Source: an uncultured virus (IMG/VR IMGVR_UViG_3300023180_000043) (Duplodnaviria; Heunggongvirae; Uroviricota; Caudoviricetes). Taken from it: a stretch of 64,000 nt of DNA. The position numbers and the translations under genes were made by a program. Each line of letters begins with the position of its first letter. The stretch's first letter is position 1. The notes under the pieces are model-generated. The model saw only the letters and a program-made list of their open reading frames with translations, was not told where the DNA came from and did not search any database. The stretch is from the IMG/VR virus record IMGVR_UViG_3300023180_000043; one strand, 5' to 3'. Below, one piece after another: positions 19,090-28,482 of this stretch.

Positions 19090-19436
19090 AACTCGTAGAT
19101 TACTTCTATGCTGAGATTGATAAGATCGCTGAATCACTTGATTACGAACGATATGAGAGTGAGGGTGGCGCTAGGCGTGAAGGTAACCCTTGGACACCAA
19201 TGGATAACTCCGAAGAGGAGAAGCATCCTGCACAAGTTTCAAAATTAAAGAAAGTAATGAAAGATCGTATGAAGAAGAAAAAAAAGGTTCAAGCAAAGAA
19301 GGAACCTGTTAAAGTGTTAACAAACAATGGAACAGAGTACGAAGAGGATGATCCAGAAAAGGATTCATACTCTGAAAAGATTGCGTATGCGTCTAAAATG
19401 GGTAATAGTAAAATCATATTAAAAGATATAATTTAA
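19086..19436 (+). CDS. protein with FYAEIDKIA leader
   Basis: ATGA coupling; GAGG SD. Confidence 0.8.
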   Translation: MKLVDYFYAEIDKIAESLDYERYESEGGARREGNPWTPMDNSEEEKHPAQVSKLKKVMKDRMKKKKKVQAKKEPVKVLTNNGTEYEEDDPEKDSYSEKIAYASKMGNSKIILKDII

Positions 19437-19445
19437 GAGGAAGTT

Positions 19446-19979
19446 ATGAATATACATGAATACTTAATTAAATCGGCCGCAGCCAAGACAAAAGCACTTG
19501 ATAATCACCCAGCTCTTAAGGGGAAGCAGACGTCAGAGCTTCCTGATAAAGTTCAGGCCATGATTATTAAGAAGAAGATGGAAAAGACTGCTAAGGCAAA
19601 GAGGTTTCTAAGAATACGAAAAGCACGTATGAAAGCTGAAGCCAGAGGTAATGATGCACTAGCAGATCGACTAAGTGATGCAGAAATGACAGCAGGTTCA
19701 GCATATAGTCGAAGAATCGCCAAACACTCTGGTAGATTGCGTGACTTCCCTGGGAGCAGATTTTTTAGTGATAAAGCGGATACATTACCATCTGGATCAC
19801 CTAGACGGACGGCAAGAGCAGCATTTACAACGGCTGTAGACGGACCCCGTATTGCTAAGAATATGTACAGATATCGAAGAGCTATTGGTGAGGGTAGAAG
19901 ACAGGCATTTAAAGGAATTGGCGGCGGTGGCTTTGATGACATGGCAAACATGGCTCAAAAAGCTACAAAGAGACGCTGA
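19446..19979 (+). CDS. basic protein with EYLIKSA leader and internal MEKTA
   Basis: GAGG SD; Arg/Lys/Ala-rich. Confidence 0.8.
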   Translation: MNIHEYLIKSAAAKTKALDNHPALKGKQTSELPDKVQAMIIKKKMEKTAKAKRFLRIRKARMKAEARGNDALADRLSDAEMTAGSAYSRRIAKHSGRLRDFPGSRFFSDKADTLPSGSPRRTARAAFTTAVDGPRIAKNMYRYRRAIGEGRRQAFKGIGGGGFDDMANMAQKATKRR

Positions 19980-19989
19980 GAAAGATACC

Positions 19990-20265
19990 ATGAATATCCG
20001 TGATTACTTAATAGAGAAACGAGCCAGTCAAACAATACGAAGTATTATGAGTGTTCGTAAGATTTCTCCAGAAATGGCTAAGGTAAAAGCTCGAAGGCTA
20101 ATAACCGGACAGGCTAAACCAGCGAAAACTTTAATTGCTCCAAAGATTCCAGAAAAGCATCAAACCAAAAGGCAGATTCAAGATTTTTCTGAAGAGGCTA
20201 AGAGGGCTTTAGAAAGAGCTAGACGGAAATATGGGCCTCTTCCAATGGATAGAAAAGCAACTTAA
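19990..20265 (+). CDS. basic protein with DYLIEKRA leader
   Basis: Start adjusted to MNIRD; N-terminus paralogous to 19446. Confidence 0.75.
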   Translation: MNIRDYLIEKRASQTIRSIMSVRKISPEMAKVKARRLITGQAKPAKTLIAPKIPEKHQTKRQIQDFSEEAKRALERARRKYGPLPMDRKAT

Positions 20266-20322
20266 AAACTTAACATAGTGCAGGCTTAGCCTGTCGATTA
20301 TAAAATCGCTATGGAGGATAAC

Positions 20323-20931
20323 ATGGCAACACAATACGGTAAAAACGCTCTTCAAGCATTGAAGGCATTTCGTTCAACCAAATGGTTCACTAAGGACTTT
20401 ATCTCTTTGGCTTCTGATATTGCTGCTAAATACGCTTCTCGTAATGAGATGATGTTTGGTGGTGCTTTGTCTGCAGGCACTTGTAGTGGAACTGCTATTC
20501 CTGTATCTTTGGCAGCCGGTGAGGCAATGCTTGCTGGTAAGATGCACCCATTTGCAGCAATCTCAGCTAGAGATCTGCATGCCTTAACACTACTGATCTT
20601 TAGTGACGGCTCAGACGCATCTAGTGTTACTTTAACAGGGGCTTCAGGAAACCACGTTTCTGTCATTGCTTGCAACTCTGATGCTGCTGGCGGTGTAATT
20701 GATGAGGGTACCGCACCATTAATTGTTGGAATCGTAAATGGTACTGACGCAGCTACCGCAGCTGCTAGTGCAGCGCCTTTATCTTCTGCGGCTATCCAAA
20801 CAGCCTTAGAAGGATCTAGTAGTGTACATGACGGTGTAACTGGTTGGGTACACGTTGGGTACATCCACGGTGATATTGTTAACGATGGTGAAACTGTTGT
20901 TTCTAACTTGAATAACCATCTTGGTCTATAA
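20323..20931 (+). CDS. putative virion structural (decoration-like) protein A
   Basis: GGAGG SD; Ala/Gly/Ser-rich; paralog of the next gene. Confidence 0.75.
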   Translation: MATQYGKNALQALKAFRSTKWFTKDFISLASDIAAKYASRNEMMFGGALSAGTCSGTAIPVSLAAGEAMLAGKMHPFAAISARDLHALTLLIFSDGSDASSVTLTGASGNHVSVIACNSDAAGGVIDEGTAPLIVGIVNGTDAATAAASAAPLSSAAIQTALEGSSSVHDGVTGWVHVGYIHGDIVNDGETVVSNLNNHLGL

Positions 20932-20942
20932 GGCGGTGATTC

Positions 20943-21950
20943 ATGGCTATTACAAAAGGTAAAAGAGCATTAGAGCGCCTCACTGGCTATCGTGCTCGCA
21001 ATTGGTATACCAAAGAGTTTCCTAAGTTTATTGATCGTCTCTGCGATGATTACTTGCGTCGCTCAGAGGTTGTGAAGGGTGGTAAAGTATCTTCAGGAAC
21101 AGTAAGTGCTACTGCTACTGGTATTAGTGTAAGCAATACTTATGCTCGTCTTGATGGTAAGATGTACGGTGTTTCTACCAGTTCTGCTTCCCTCACTGAC
21201 GTTAGTGATAAAGATCTTGCTAACTCAGCTGGTGATACTCCATCAGTAGCTCTTTCATTTGGTAGTGCTCCTACTTTGACTGGTGCTGCTGCAAACTTAA
21301 CAGTAACTTATGACGGTGTAAGTTTCGTTGCTCGCTTCTTTGATAGTGCTAGCGGCGAAGAGTACGATACCACAAGTTCTGCTGACTTGCAGATTGATGT
21401 TGACTTGTACGGTCTCTCAGCTGAAACTGCTAGAGATTCGATCAGTAGTGGACTTTCTGCTAAGTTTCCAAACCATACTGTCGCAGACAGTGGTGCTGGT
21501 CCTTACGTAGTAACGATCACAGCTCCTGCTGGGCATGATAACTTTACGTATGAAGATACTGGCATTAGTGGTATCACTGACACTGTTACTGATGCTACTG
21601 TAGAGTTTGGTGGGATTATCTACACTGACGGCTCTGTTGCTTCTGGTGTTGACGCTTCCTCGAATCCAGCGTATATGGCTGTCATTGTTACTAACTCTGA
21701 TAATGATGGCGGTGCATTGGATGAGGGCAGTTATGCTCAGTTCTTGGCAGTGGTATCAGGCTCAAGTTCTGCTCTTGGCACCGACTACCCAACCAGTGAA
21801 GAGATTCAAGCGGCTTTGGATGCCTCTAGCAAAAACAGAAATGGCTACAACCACTCTGGCTACACTGGATGGGCGCATGTTGCTCAGATTAAGAACGATA
21901 ACGGCACTGATACTATTGTATCAAACATCAATAATCACAAAGATGTATGA
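20943..21950 (+). CDS. putative virion structural protein B, paralog of A with an internal insertion
   Basis: Shared W(F/Y)TK.F, NSD..GG..DEG and TGW.HV..SN.NNH motifs. Confidence 0.75.
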   Translation: MAITKGKRALERLTGYRARNWYTKEFPKFIDRLCDDYLRRSEVVKGGKVSSGTVSATATGISVSNTYARLDGKMYGVSTSSASLTDVSDKDLANSAGDTPSVALSFGSAPTLTGAAANLTVTYDGVSFVARFFDSASGEEYDTTSSADLQIDVDLYGLSAETARDSISSGLSAKFPNHTVADSGAGPYVVTITAPAGHDNFTYEDTGISGITDTVTDATVEFGGIIYTDGSVASGVDASSNPAYMAVIVTNSDNDGGALDEGSYAQFLAVVSGSSSALGTDYPTSEEIQAALDASSKNRNGYNHSGYTGWAHVAQIKNDNGTDTIVSNINNHKDV

Positions 21951-23614
21951 AAACAGATGCTTCTATATTTTCAAGCACTCTGGTTAAGATAGCGAAGGAA
22001 GATTCTAAAAACTACCTTAACCAGATGGCCTACTTTGCGCCTGCAGCTGCAGTTCAAGGATTAGCAGATGCTCCCAAAGGCACAATAGACAAAGGTCTTG
22101 AGAATAAAATCTTGGGAAAGCCTTTTAAATCACAGTCCGGTCCTAGCCCTATTCGTGTAGGGTTGGGTCGGGGTGCTGGTCGTATTACGGCTGCTATGGT
22201 TACGACTCCTATGTTTATTACAGGGATTCGTGACCTTAGCCAGGCTAAAACAAAGAAAGAACGCAACAATGCCTTTGGGAAAGTTGTTGCTGCTGGCGGT
22301 ATTTATGCAGGGCTTAAAGGTTCTGTAGAAGCAGGAGTCACTTACGGGAGTCCATTTGCAAAAGACCAGTCAGGAAAACGAACACAGCAAGCGGTTAAAA
22401 GTTTAAATAAAATTAAGGGTATTGCTAGTGTTCGAGGTGTTATTGGCGTAGGCTCTGCCGCTTTAACTGCAAAAGCGGTCGCTGATAATATTAAGAAAAC
22501 AAAAGGGCAAAAGGGCTTTTACAATGATGTAGTAAAGCCTTCTATGGCAGGCTTTACGATTGGTGCTGCTAAAGGCCTTGTAGAGAAGGGTATTGTTGAT
22601 AAAACCATTGCTCCAAGAAAGTTGCTGGCCGCAGGTGTCGGACGTGGAACTGCAGGAGCAATTGGCGCAGTAGTCTTGGACAAGATTACAAAATCCTTTA
22701 CTAAGAAAGCCTCCTCGAACCAGTCTGTTACACAAGTTAGTCCCGCAGTTATCTATCAGCAAATCAAGGGATGGTCTGCGAAGCAAGACTCTGGAACTAT
22801 TAAGACTCAGTATCTAAAGATGATGAGGGACGACCCAGAGCGTTCTCCAACAAGTCGTGCAATGTACTATGCTATGTACCACTCTCTTGCTGAGAGAAAT
22901 GTCCAGGTGCCAAAGCCGAGATTGATTGAAAATGTCCATCCGCCGGAGTCTGCAAGTTCTCTAAGGGGCTTAGGTATATTAGCAGCTTCTTATGCACCTA
23001 AGATTGTAGAGGAGGCTACACATGCACTGCCCAAGTCACAGACAGATAAACTATTATCGGACTCTCTAGATAACATGCTTGTAGCTAAGGGAGTAAATAG
23101 GCTTCGATACGAGTCACCTCGAGATGAAGGAATCTACATTCCTGACTCCCATACGGTATCAACATCCAGAAATGCAAGCTCTTCTACTATAGCTCACGAG
23201 GCAGGTCATGCTAGCGCTTCGAAACTAAGAAAGAAGTTATTGCAGTCATCCTCTGCTGTCTCTTCCTATGCACACGGGAGCCTATTAGCCTATCTTGTAC
23301 CACTCGGCGCTATGGCTTTGGCTTCTGATAGATCCTTCGCTACAAAAGAAGAGTTAAAGGCAAAAGAGAACTTAGTAAAGTCTCTTGGGGCAGTGACTAC
23401 TGGGATGATGGCTCCAGTTCTTTTGGAAGAGGGTATTGCAAATGTTAAAGGTCTCGGATATACAATAGGCGCAGCAAAACACAATAAAGTTCCTGTAAAG
23501 CCACAGGTTTTGAGATATATTCTAAAGCAGGGACCAAAGATGGCAGGGTACTTGGCACCTATGTTAGCACCAATGCTTACTGCAAAATATTTTAAGGAAA
23601 AGAGTGGGAGATAA
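21947..23614 (+). CDS. glycine-zipper protein with C-terminal HExxH zinc metallopeptidase-like domain; LVKIA leader
   Basis: IAHEAGH...LLEEGIAN; several Gly/Ala hydrophobic helices. Confidence 0.7.
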   Translation: MKTDASIFSSTLVKIAKEDSKNYLNQMAYFAPAAAVQGLADAPKGTIDKGLENKILGKPFKSQSGPSPIRVGLGRGAGRITAAMVTTPMFITGIRDLSQAKTKKERNNAFGKVVAAGGIYAGLKGSVEAGVTYGSPFAKDQSGKRTQQAVKSLNKIKGIASVRGVIGVGSAALTAKAVADNIKKTKGQKGFYNDVVKPSMAGFTIGAAKGLVEKGIVDKTIAPRKLLAAGVGRGTAGAIGAVVLDKITKSFTKKASSNQSVTQVSPAVIYQQIKGWSAKQDSGTIKTQYLKMMRDDPERSPTSRAMYYAMYHSLAERNVQVPKPRLIENVHPPESASSLRGLGILAASYAPKIVEEATHALPKSQTDKLLSDSLDNMLVAKGVNRLRYESPRDEGIYIPDSHTVSTSRNASSSTIAHEAGHASASKLRKKLLQSSSAVSSYAHGSLLAYLVPLGAMALASDRSFATKEELKAKENLVKSLGAVTTGMMAPVLLEEGIANVKGLGYTIGAAKHNKVPVKPQVLRYILKQGPKMAGYLAPMLAPMLTAKYFKEKSGR

Positions 23615-23616
23615 TT

Positions 23617-26487
23617 ATGACACCAGACTTAAGAGGGCGTCTATTAGCGCAATACATGTACGATGAGTTAGAGAAGATTGCTTCGAAGTTCCCTAAGGTT
23701 ATCTCATCGTTGCCTAAGGTTATGGCTAAGTTTAGAAAAAAATACCCAGGAGGGTTGCCCGAAGCTCCGTCCCCCCGCGCACCTTTCCTACCAACCTACA
23801 AGGGACCGCTCCCAAAGACGCCGCCTAAACTACAGACCCAACAAGCAGGTCAACAGGCAGTCAGTCCGGTACAATCAATCCCATCGGGCGCAAAAGGCTC
23901 TACACAACAAATGCCAGATCTAGATAGTAGGATAAACGAGCTGTCTCAGAAAATTAGAGGCTCAGAAAATCTTTCTATGCAAGAAGTAAAGAAGATGAAT
24001 GACGAACTTAGGGCATTAAGACAGCAAAGATCCGAAATGCGAAATGCCTCCCCCACCCAAGCTACTTCAAAAGATGGTTTTGATCCAATACCCGATCGCA
24101 CAGACGCTATGGAATACCCTAAAAGGATAGACGGTAAACTTACGCAGCCCGATTGGCCTCTTGAGCAAACTGTAAAGCTAAAACGTAATCCGCCATCGAA
24201 TAAACCTCCTGCAACTAAAGCCACTGCAGCTGAGACTCCACCTCCTCCAACTAAAGCCCCTACGCCAACTTCAACTAAATCTACTTCGAAGCCGGGGACT
24301 TTTGAACCAGATGGATCCGTTCCGATGATACGACGCGACCCAGGCCCTGGGCCGGATAAAAATCCTATTTATGAAACTACTGAACATCTTCGTAGAATAG
24401 ATGATGAGATAAAAACACTTTCGGATGATATCAGTAATGCGGATACCTTGTTTGCGGATTTAAAAGGGGATGATCGCATGTTTAGGGACATGAAAGCTTT
24501 TGCTGCTAAAAGAAATAAACGAAAGATTGAAGCCTTAGAAGCAGAAAAAAACGCACTACAAAATCCCTCACCTGAGGCAAAAGCCAAAGCAGTGTCAGCT
24601 ATAGATGGTGAAATACAAGAACTTGAGAAGCAGATTGCCGGCAATGAAAGGATTCTGCAGCGAGGCGACTATCCAGACGGCAGTGATGTTAATCTTATGA
24701 CTCAGGAGATTAATGCAGAGCTTAAGCAAAGAGTAGCGGAGTTTAAGATACGAAAAGGAATAATAGAAGGCTCCTCAACTAAACCATCTCCTCCAACTTC
24801 AACTAAACCTGCTTCAGAGTCGCTTGAGCAAACTGTAGAGCTAAGACGTAATCCGCAGTCGAATAAACCTCCTGCAAAATCAGAGCCAGTCGAAGAGACA
24901 GCAGAGATATCTAGACCATCAAATACAAAAAATACTTCCAAGCCGTCTAGCGAGACGACTCCAGCAGGGCGGGCACAAGAGGATGATGTCTTTGCTGACT
25001 TATGGAACGATTTTACCACGGGTACTACAGGGCCTGTTAAACAAACTGGGAAACCAATAAATGAGGCAACGGCAAAAATCGAACGACCGATGACTAATCA
25101 AAGAGCCAAACAACCCGAACGCTCAAATGACTCTTTTTTCGATGCGGATGATGTTACCCAGACAGGAGCTATTCCAGGGGTTACTGGCACTGCATCAAGG
25201 ACCCCCTCTCAAATTATTGGTGATTTAGATCAAGCAGCACTGCCCAGGGGTGTTCAAAGACAGGAGCTATTCCGTGCCGCGGATAGTGGATTTATCACAG
25301 GGTCTATGGCTCAAGAAGTTATGAGTAATCCCCAACTTGCCCGGCAGCTTGAAGATGCGGGTGTTGTTATTAATCAAAACTTTGGTGACGACTTCGCAGC
25401 CAGCTTAAATAAATATAAACAAAGTGGCGCTCTTGATGATATGCCAGCCGGAGAGTATACACCACAGATGTTTGACAATGTGAGGCTTAAAGCAAGGTAT
25501 TCAGGAGACGTTATAGAAGAGGGTGACGGCCTAATTCGAGACAACTTGGGAGAAGTAATTGGAGAAGTTTCAGAAAACGGCGGCTATAGAATCTTCGATC
25601 AAAAAGAGAAGTCTGTTAGTCGACTGGTAGAGGATATTTCTAATGGGAACAACAAGTTAACCACTCTTGCTCCAGGAGCCGAGATCTCTGACGATGCATT
25701 ACAGCAGGTACTTGTTAAAGCGAATAAGACCGAACCTGTCAACTTTACAACTGTAAACTACGGCGGGCAGAAGTATGTTGTAGATCCAAACAGCGGGAGA
25801 ATTATTGGCAAAAAAACAGAAACGGGTATTCAAGGTGTTGATCCAAGAGAAACTAAACCATTAAAAGAGCGCTTAGATGCAGCCAGCCGAAACTCCTTGC
25901 CGGTGCCGGAGGGTAATAACGGTCTATACACAAGAGACCAGCTTTCTCAAATGAGTCAAGCAGAGCTGAGTGTGATTCCAAGGTCAGAGGGCGGTAGAGG
26001 TGTTCAAACTTTAGACGACTTTAAAGCACTGGAGCGGGAAGCTCAAGAAGCAGATAGACTTTGGAGACAGGCAAGTGAGTTACGCAAAGGCGGCCCTAGA
26101 TACCAGGCCGAGCTTGAAGCTTTAAATCAAGAACGTAAGGCTCTAAGACGAGAATACGCTGAAGCCCGTGAAGAGTTAAGTGCAACACTGCTTGAAAGAA
26201 GAACGGATCAACTTAGAAATAATGCTGGAGAGTTTGGTCAAGAGATAGAAGAGTCTTTGAAGTATCTTGAACAACGTAAAGTTCCTTTCTTTGAAAATGC
26301 TCCCCTTGTAGGGGCTGGAAAGGGATATGTTACACCACCAACCCCTGGCGGTATCTTAGGTGACTCTTCTGGTACCTCTAAGGCATTGGGTATTGGTGCA
26401 GCTGGTCTTGGTGCGTATGCATTACTTAGCGGAGGGGAAGACTCTTCTGGAAGTAATAATTACGGTGGGCAATATGGTGGCTACTAA
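23617..26487 (+). CDS. 956 aa Pro-rich/coiled-coil protein with YDELEKIA leader and C-terminal hydrophobic helix
   Basis: Long ORF, internal repeat, terminal ALGIGAAGLGAYALL. Confidence 0.85.
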   Translation: MTPDLRGRLLAQYMYDELEKIASKFPKVISSLPKVMAKFRKKYPGGLPEAPSPRAPFLPTYKGPLPKTPPKLQTQQAGQQAVSPVQSIPSGAKGSTQQMPDLDSRINELSQKIRGSENLSMQEVKKMNDELRALRQQRSEMRNASPTQATSKDGFDPIPDRTDAMEYPKRIDGKLTQPDWPLEQTVKLKRNPPSNKPPATKATAAETPPPPTKAPTPTSTKSTSKPGTFEPDGSVPMIRRDPGPGPDKNPIYETTEHLRRIDDEIKTLSDDISNADTLFADLKGDDRMFRDMKAFAAKRNKRKIEALEAEKNALQNPSPEAKAKAVSAIDGEIQELEKQIAGNERILQRGDYPDGSDVNLMTQEINAELKQRVAEFKIRKGIIEGSSTKPSPPTSTKPASESLEQTVELRRNPQSNKPPAKSEPVEETAEISRPSNTKNTSKPSSETTPAGRAQEDDVFADLWNDFTTGTTGPVKQTGKPINEATAKIERPMTNQRAKQPERSNDSFFDADDVTQTGAIPGVTGTASRTPSQIIGDLDQAALPRGVQRQELFRAADSGFITGSMAQEVMSNPQLARQLEDAGVVINQNFGDDFAASLNKYKQSGALDDMPAGEYTPQMFDNVRLKARYSGDVIEEGDGLIRDNLGEVIGEVSENGGYRIFDQKEKSVSRLVEDISNGNNKLTTLAPGAEISDDALQQVLVKANKTEPVNFTTVNYGGQKYVVDPNSGRIIGKKTETGIQGVDPRETKPLKERLDAASRNSLPVPEGNNGLYTRDQLSQMSQAELSVIPRSEGGRGVQTLDDFKALEREAQEADRLWRQASELRKGGPRYQAELEALNQERKALRREYAEAREELSATLLERRTDQLRNNAGEFGQEIEESLKYLEQRKVPFFENAPLVGAGKGYVTPPTPGGILGDSSGTSKALGIGAAGLGAYALLSGGEDSSGSNNYGGQYGGY
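24160..24877 (+). repeat. 55-bp intragenic direct repeat (24160-24214 and 24823-24877)
   Basis: 51/55 identical; encodes LEQTV.L.RNP.SNKPPA. Confidence 0.9.
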
Positions 26488-27380
26488 TGAACGGACACTG
26501 GAGAAAACTAGGACCCAACCAAGAAGGTAAGGATCAGTACGGTTCTACTGTTCGCGGTAAGACTTGGGTACGCAGAGGGGGTGCTAAAAAAGCAGATCTC
26601 GTACTTTCTGTACCAACAGAGCTTAAGGATAAACCCAAGAAAAAAGAAGTTCCACAGGTTTCTAGTAAGCCAACTCCAGCCCAGCAAGATCTCATTCTAT
26701 GGAATATTTGGAAATCTACAGGAGACGAAGACGATCTTGTAAAACTGATGGATCGTTTTAACGGATCTGTTGCACGTATTAAGTATACTTTTAAGGATGC
26801 ACCTGTCCCTCCTTCTGTTATTGATGCCGCTTGCAATGTTGCGGTACTTGAAGCCATAAAGTCCTACAACCCCTCTGGTGGAACCACATTAAATACATGG
26901 ATCAACCGCCGTTTGAAAGGTGTCGGTAAAGTTGTTGGTAAGTATCAGAATGTGGGCAAGATCCCTGAGCATAGAAGGATCGCAATTGCAAAGTATAAAG
27001 AGTCGATGGAAGATCTAACAGAAAAGTTAGGTCATCCACCTTCAGCGCAAGCCCTTGCAGAAGACTTAGGCTGGAGTATCACAGAAGTTACTAGAATGGA
27101 GACTGAGTTAAGTCGAAGAGACCTTATCGCTTCTCAAAACTTTGAGGCAGACGAGGTAGAGCATCTTGCAGATGAAGCCTTTGAAAAGAGAGTATTTAGA
27201 CGTGTATACTACTCATTAGAAGATGAGCATGAACGGCTGGTCTTTGAGTATACTGCAGGGTATAATGGGAAACCAGAGTTAAGTGCTGGTGAAATTGCTA
27301 AGAAACTTAGTATACATCCATCTAAAGTTTCTAGAATTAGAAATAAGATTGGAAAGATGTTTGAGGAGCGTGGGTTATGA
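26487..27380 (+). CDS. sigma70-family sigma factor (SigB/F/FliA-like regions 2-4) with N-terminal extension
   Basis: EAIKSYNPSGGTTLNTWI (r2), LGHPPS..LAEDLGW (r3), EIAKKLSIHPSKVSRIR (r4 HTH). Confidence 0.85.
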   Translation: MNGHWRKLGPNQEGKDQYGSTVRGKTWVRRGGAKKADLVLSVPTELKDKPKKKEVPQVSSKPTPAQQDLILWNIWKSTGDEDDLVKLMDRFNGSVARIKYTFKDAPVPPSVIDAACNVAVLEAIKSYNPSGGTTLNTWINRRLKGVGKVVGKYQNVGKIPEHRRIAIAKYKESMEDLTEKLGHPPSAQALAEDLGWSITEVTRMETELSRRDLIASQNFEADEVEHLADEAFEKRVFRRVYYSLEDEHERLVFEYTAGYNGKPELSAGEIAKKLSIHPSKVSRIRNKIGKMFEERGL

Positions 27381-28255
27381 GTTTAAAAAAAGATATAGAA
27401 GAAGCTAAGAAAGGAAATATTCGATATGCTGATCAACTAGGTATGACAGCGGGATTCGGCTTAGGTCATTTGGCAGAGCGAGCTGCTGGGAGGTCTTTTG
27501 ATAAAGCTGTAGAAGAAGAACAAGCTGGTATGACTTCTGAAGGACGCAGAAAATTCATGCGTAGAAAGGCAGCTGAGCTACGTAAAAGAGATCCTAGTCT
27601 GAAGGTAGCTATCGGTAAGATGGACAGGTCAGAGACTATTGACAATGAACTTTATGATGCCTATAGAAAACGGCAACGCGCCATTGAAAGGAAAGTAAAA
27701 CCAGGGAAGCTTAGAAATTTTTTATCTGGTGGTAACATAATGTTCTCGAATTATCAGCTTAATAAGAACTCACCTAATCTAGCACAGTACAGACCGAATA
27801 CCCATTCTATTCTTGTTCCCAAAGGTCAAGCAACAGAGGCTATTTTTGAACATGAAGCAGGGCATGCAAAAAAAGGATTAGGAAAAAAGGTTCTTCAAAG
27901 CAAAGCAGTAAAGTTTGGACTACCCACTTTAGGTCTTGGCGCTGCTGTTAAATCTTTTTTGTCCGCTGAAAAAGGGTACAAGGCAAAAGACAATAAAGAG
28001 AAAGAGAAGCAATACAGAAAAGCAAGAAACGAGATAGGCGCCGGCATGGGATTAATCTCTGGGCCTCAGTTATTAGAAGAAGGGCGTGCCACCAAAAATG
28101 CTCTGATTCAAATGAAAGGAAAACGCTTGCAGGCTTTAAAGCAGCTTGCCCCAGCCTATATGACTTATGCCTCTAAACCACTTGCGACTGGGCTAAGCGG
28201 GATGGCAGCACTTGAATACTATAGAAGAAAAGCAAAGAAGGCACAGCGTAGATGA
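27377..28255 (+). CDS. basic HExxH zinc metallopeptidase-like membrane protein (YugP/Zn_peptidase_2-like)
   Basis: FEHEAGH, LLEEGRATKNA and APAYMTYA motifs; hydrophobic segments. Confidence 0.65.
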   Translation: MSLKKDIEEAKKGNIRYADQLGMTAGFGLGHLAERAAGRSFDKAVEEEQAGMTSEGRRKFMRRKAAELRKRDPSLKVAIGKMDRSETIDNELYDAYRKRQRAIERKVKPGKLRNFLSGGNIMFSNYQLNKNSPNLAQYRPNTHSILVPKGQATEAIFEHEAGHAKKGLGKKVLQSKAVKFGLPTLGLGAAVKSFLSAEKGYKAKDNKEKEKQYRKARNEIGAGMGLISGPQLLEEGRATKNALIQMKGKRLQALKQLAPAYMTYASKPLATGLSGMAALEYYRRKAKKAQRR

Positions 28256-28482
28256 GTACAACAACAATACAAGAAAGCTCTGAAGCGCAAGAAGCCCTTT
28301 CTCAGATCCAGTCTGATGTAGCAAAGTGGCATGAGACTGAAAAGAAGAAAATCTTAAGAGAGGTGCTTCTTCTTAGATCATTGCAAACTCCCTTAGAAAA
28401 AAATACTTCTTTTATCACAAAGATTGCAGACAATGCGTTATCCTTGTTAAAGAGTATACAAGAGGATGGCAATGCCAGTTAA
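28252..28482 (+). CDS. hypothetical protein (76 aa)
   Basis: ATGA coupling. Confidence 0.7.
   Translation: MSTTTIQESSEAQEALSQIQSDVAKWHETEKKKILREVLLLRSLQTPLEKNTSFITKIADNALSLLKSIQEDGNAS

Noticed and set aside
24160..24877. 55-bp repeat pair as a DGR template/variable repeat
   Set aside because: Both copies are in frame within one gene, one mismatch is not at an adenine of the would-be template, and no reverse transcriptase is present in the window
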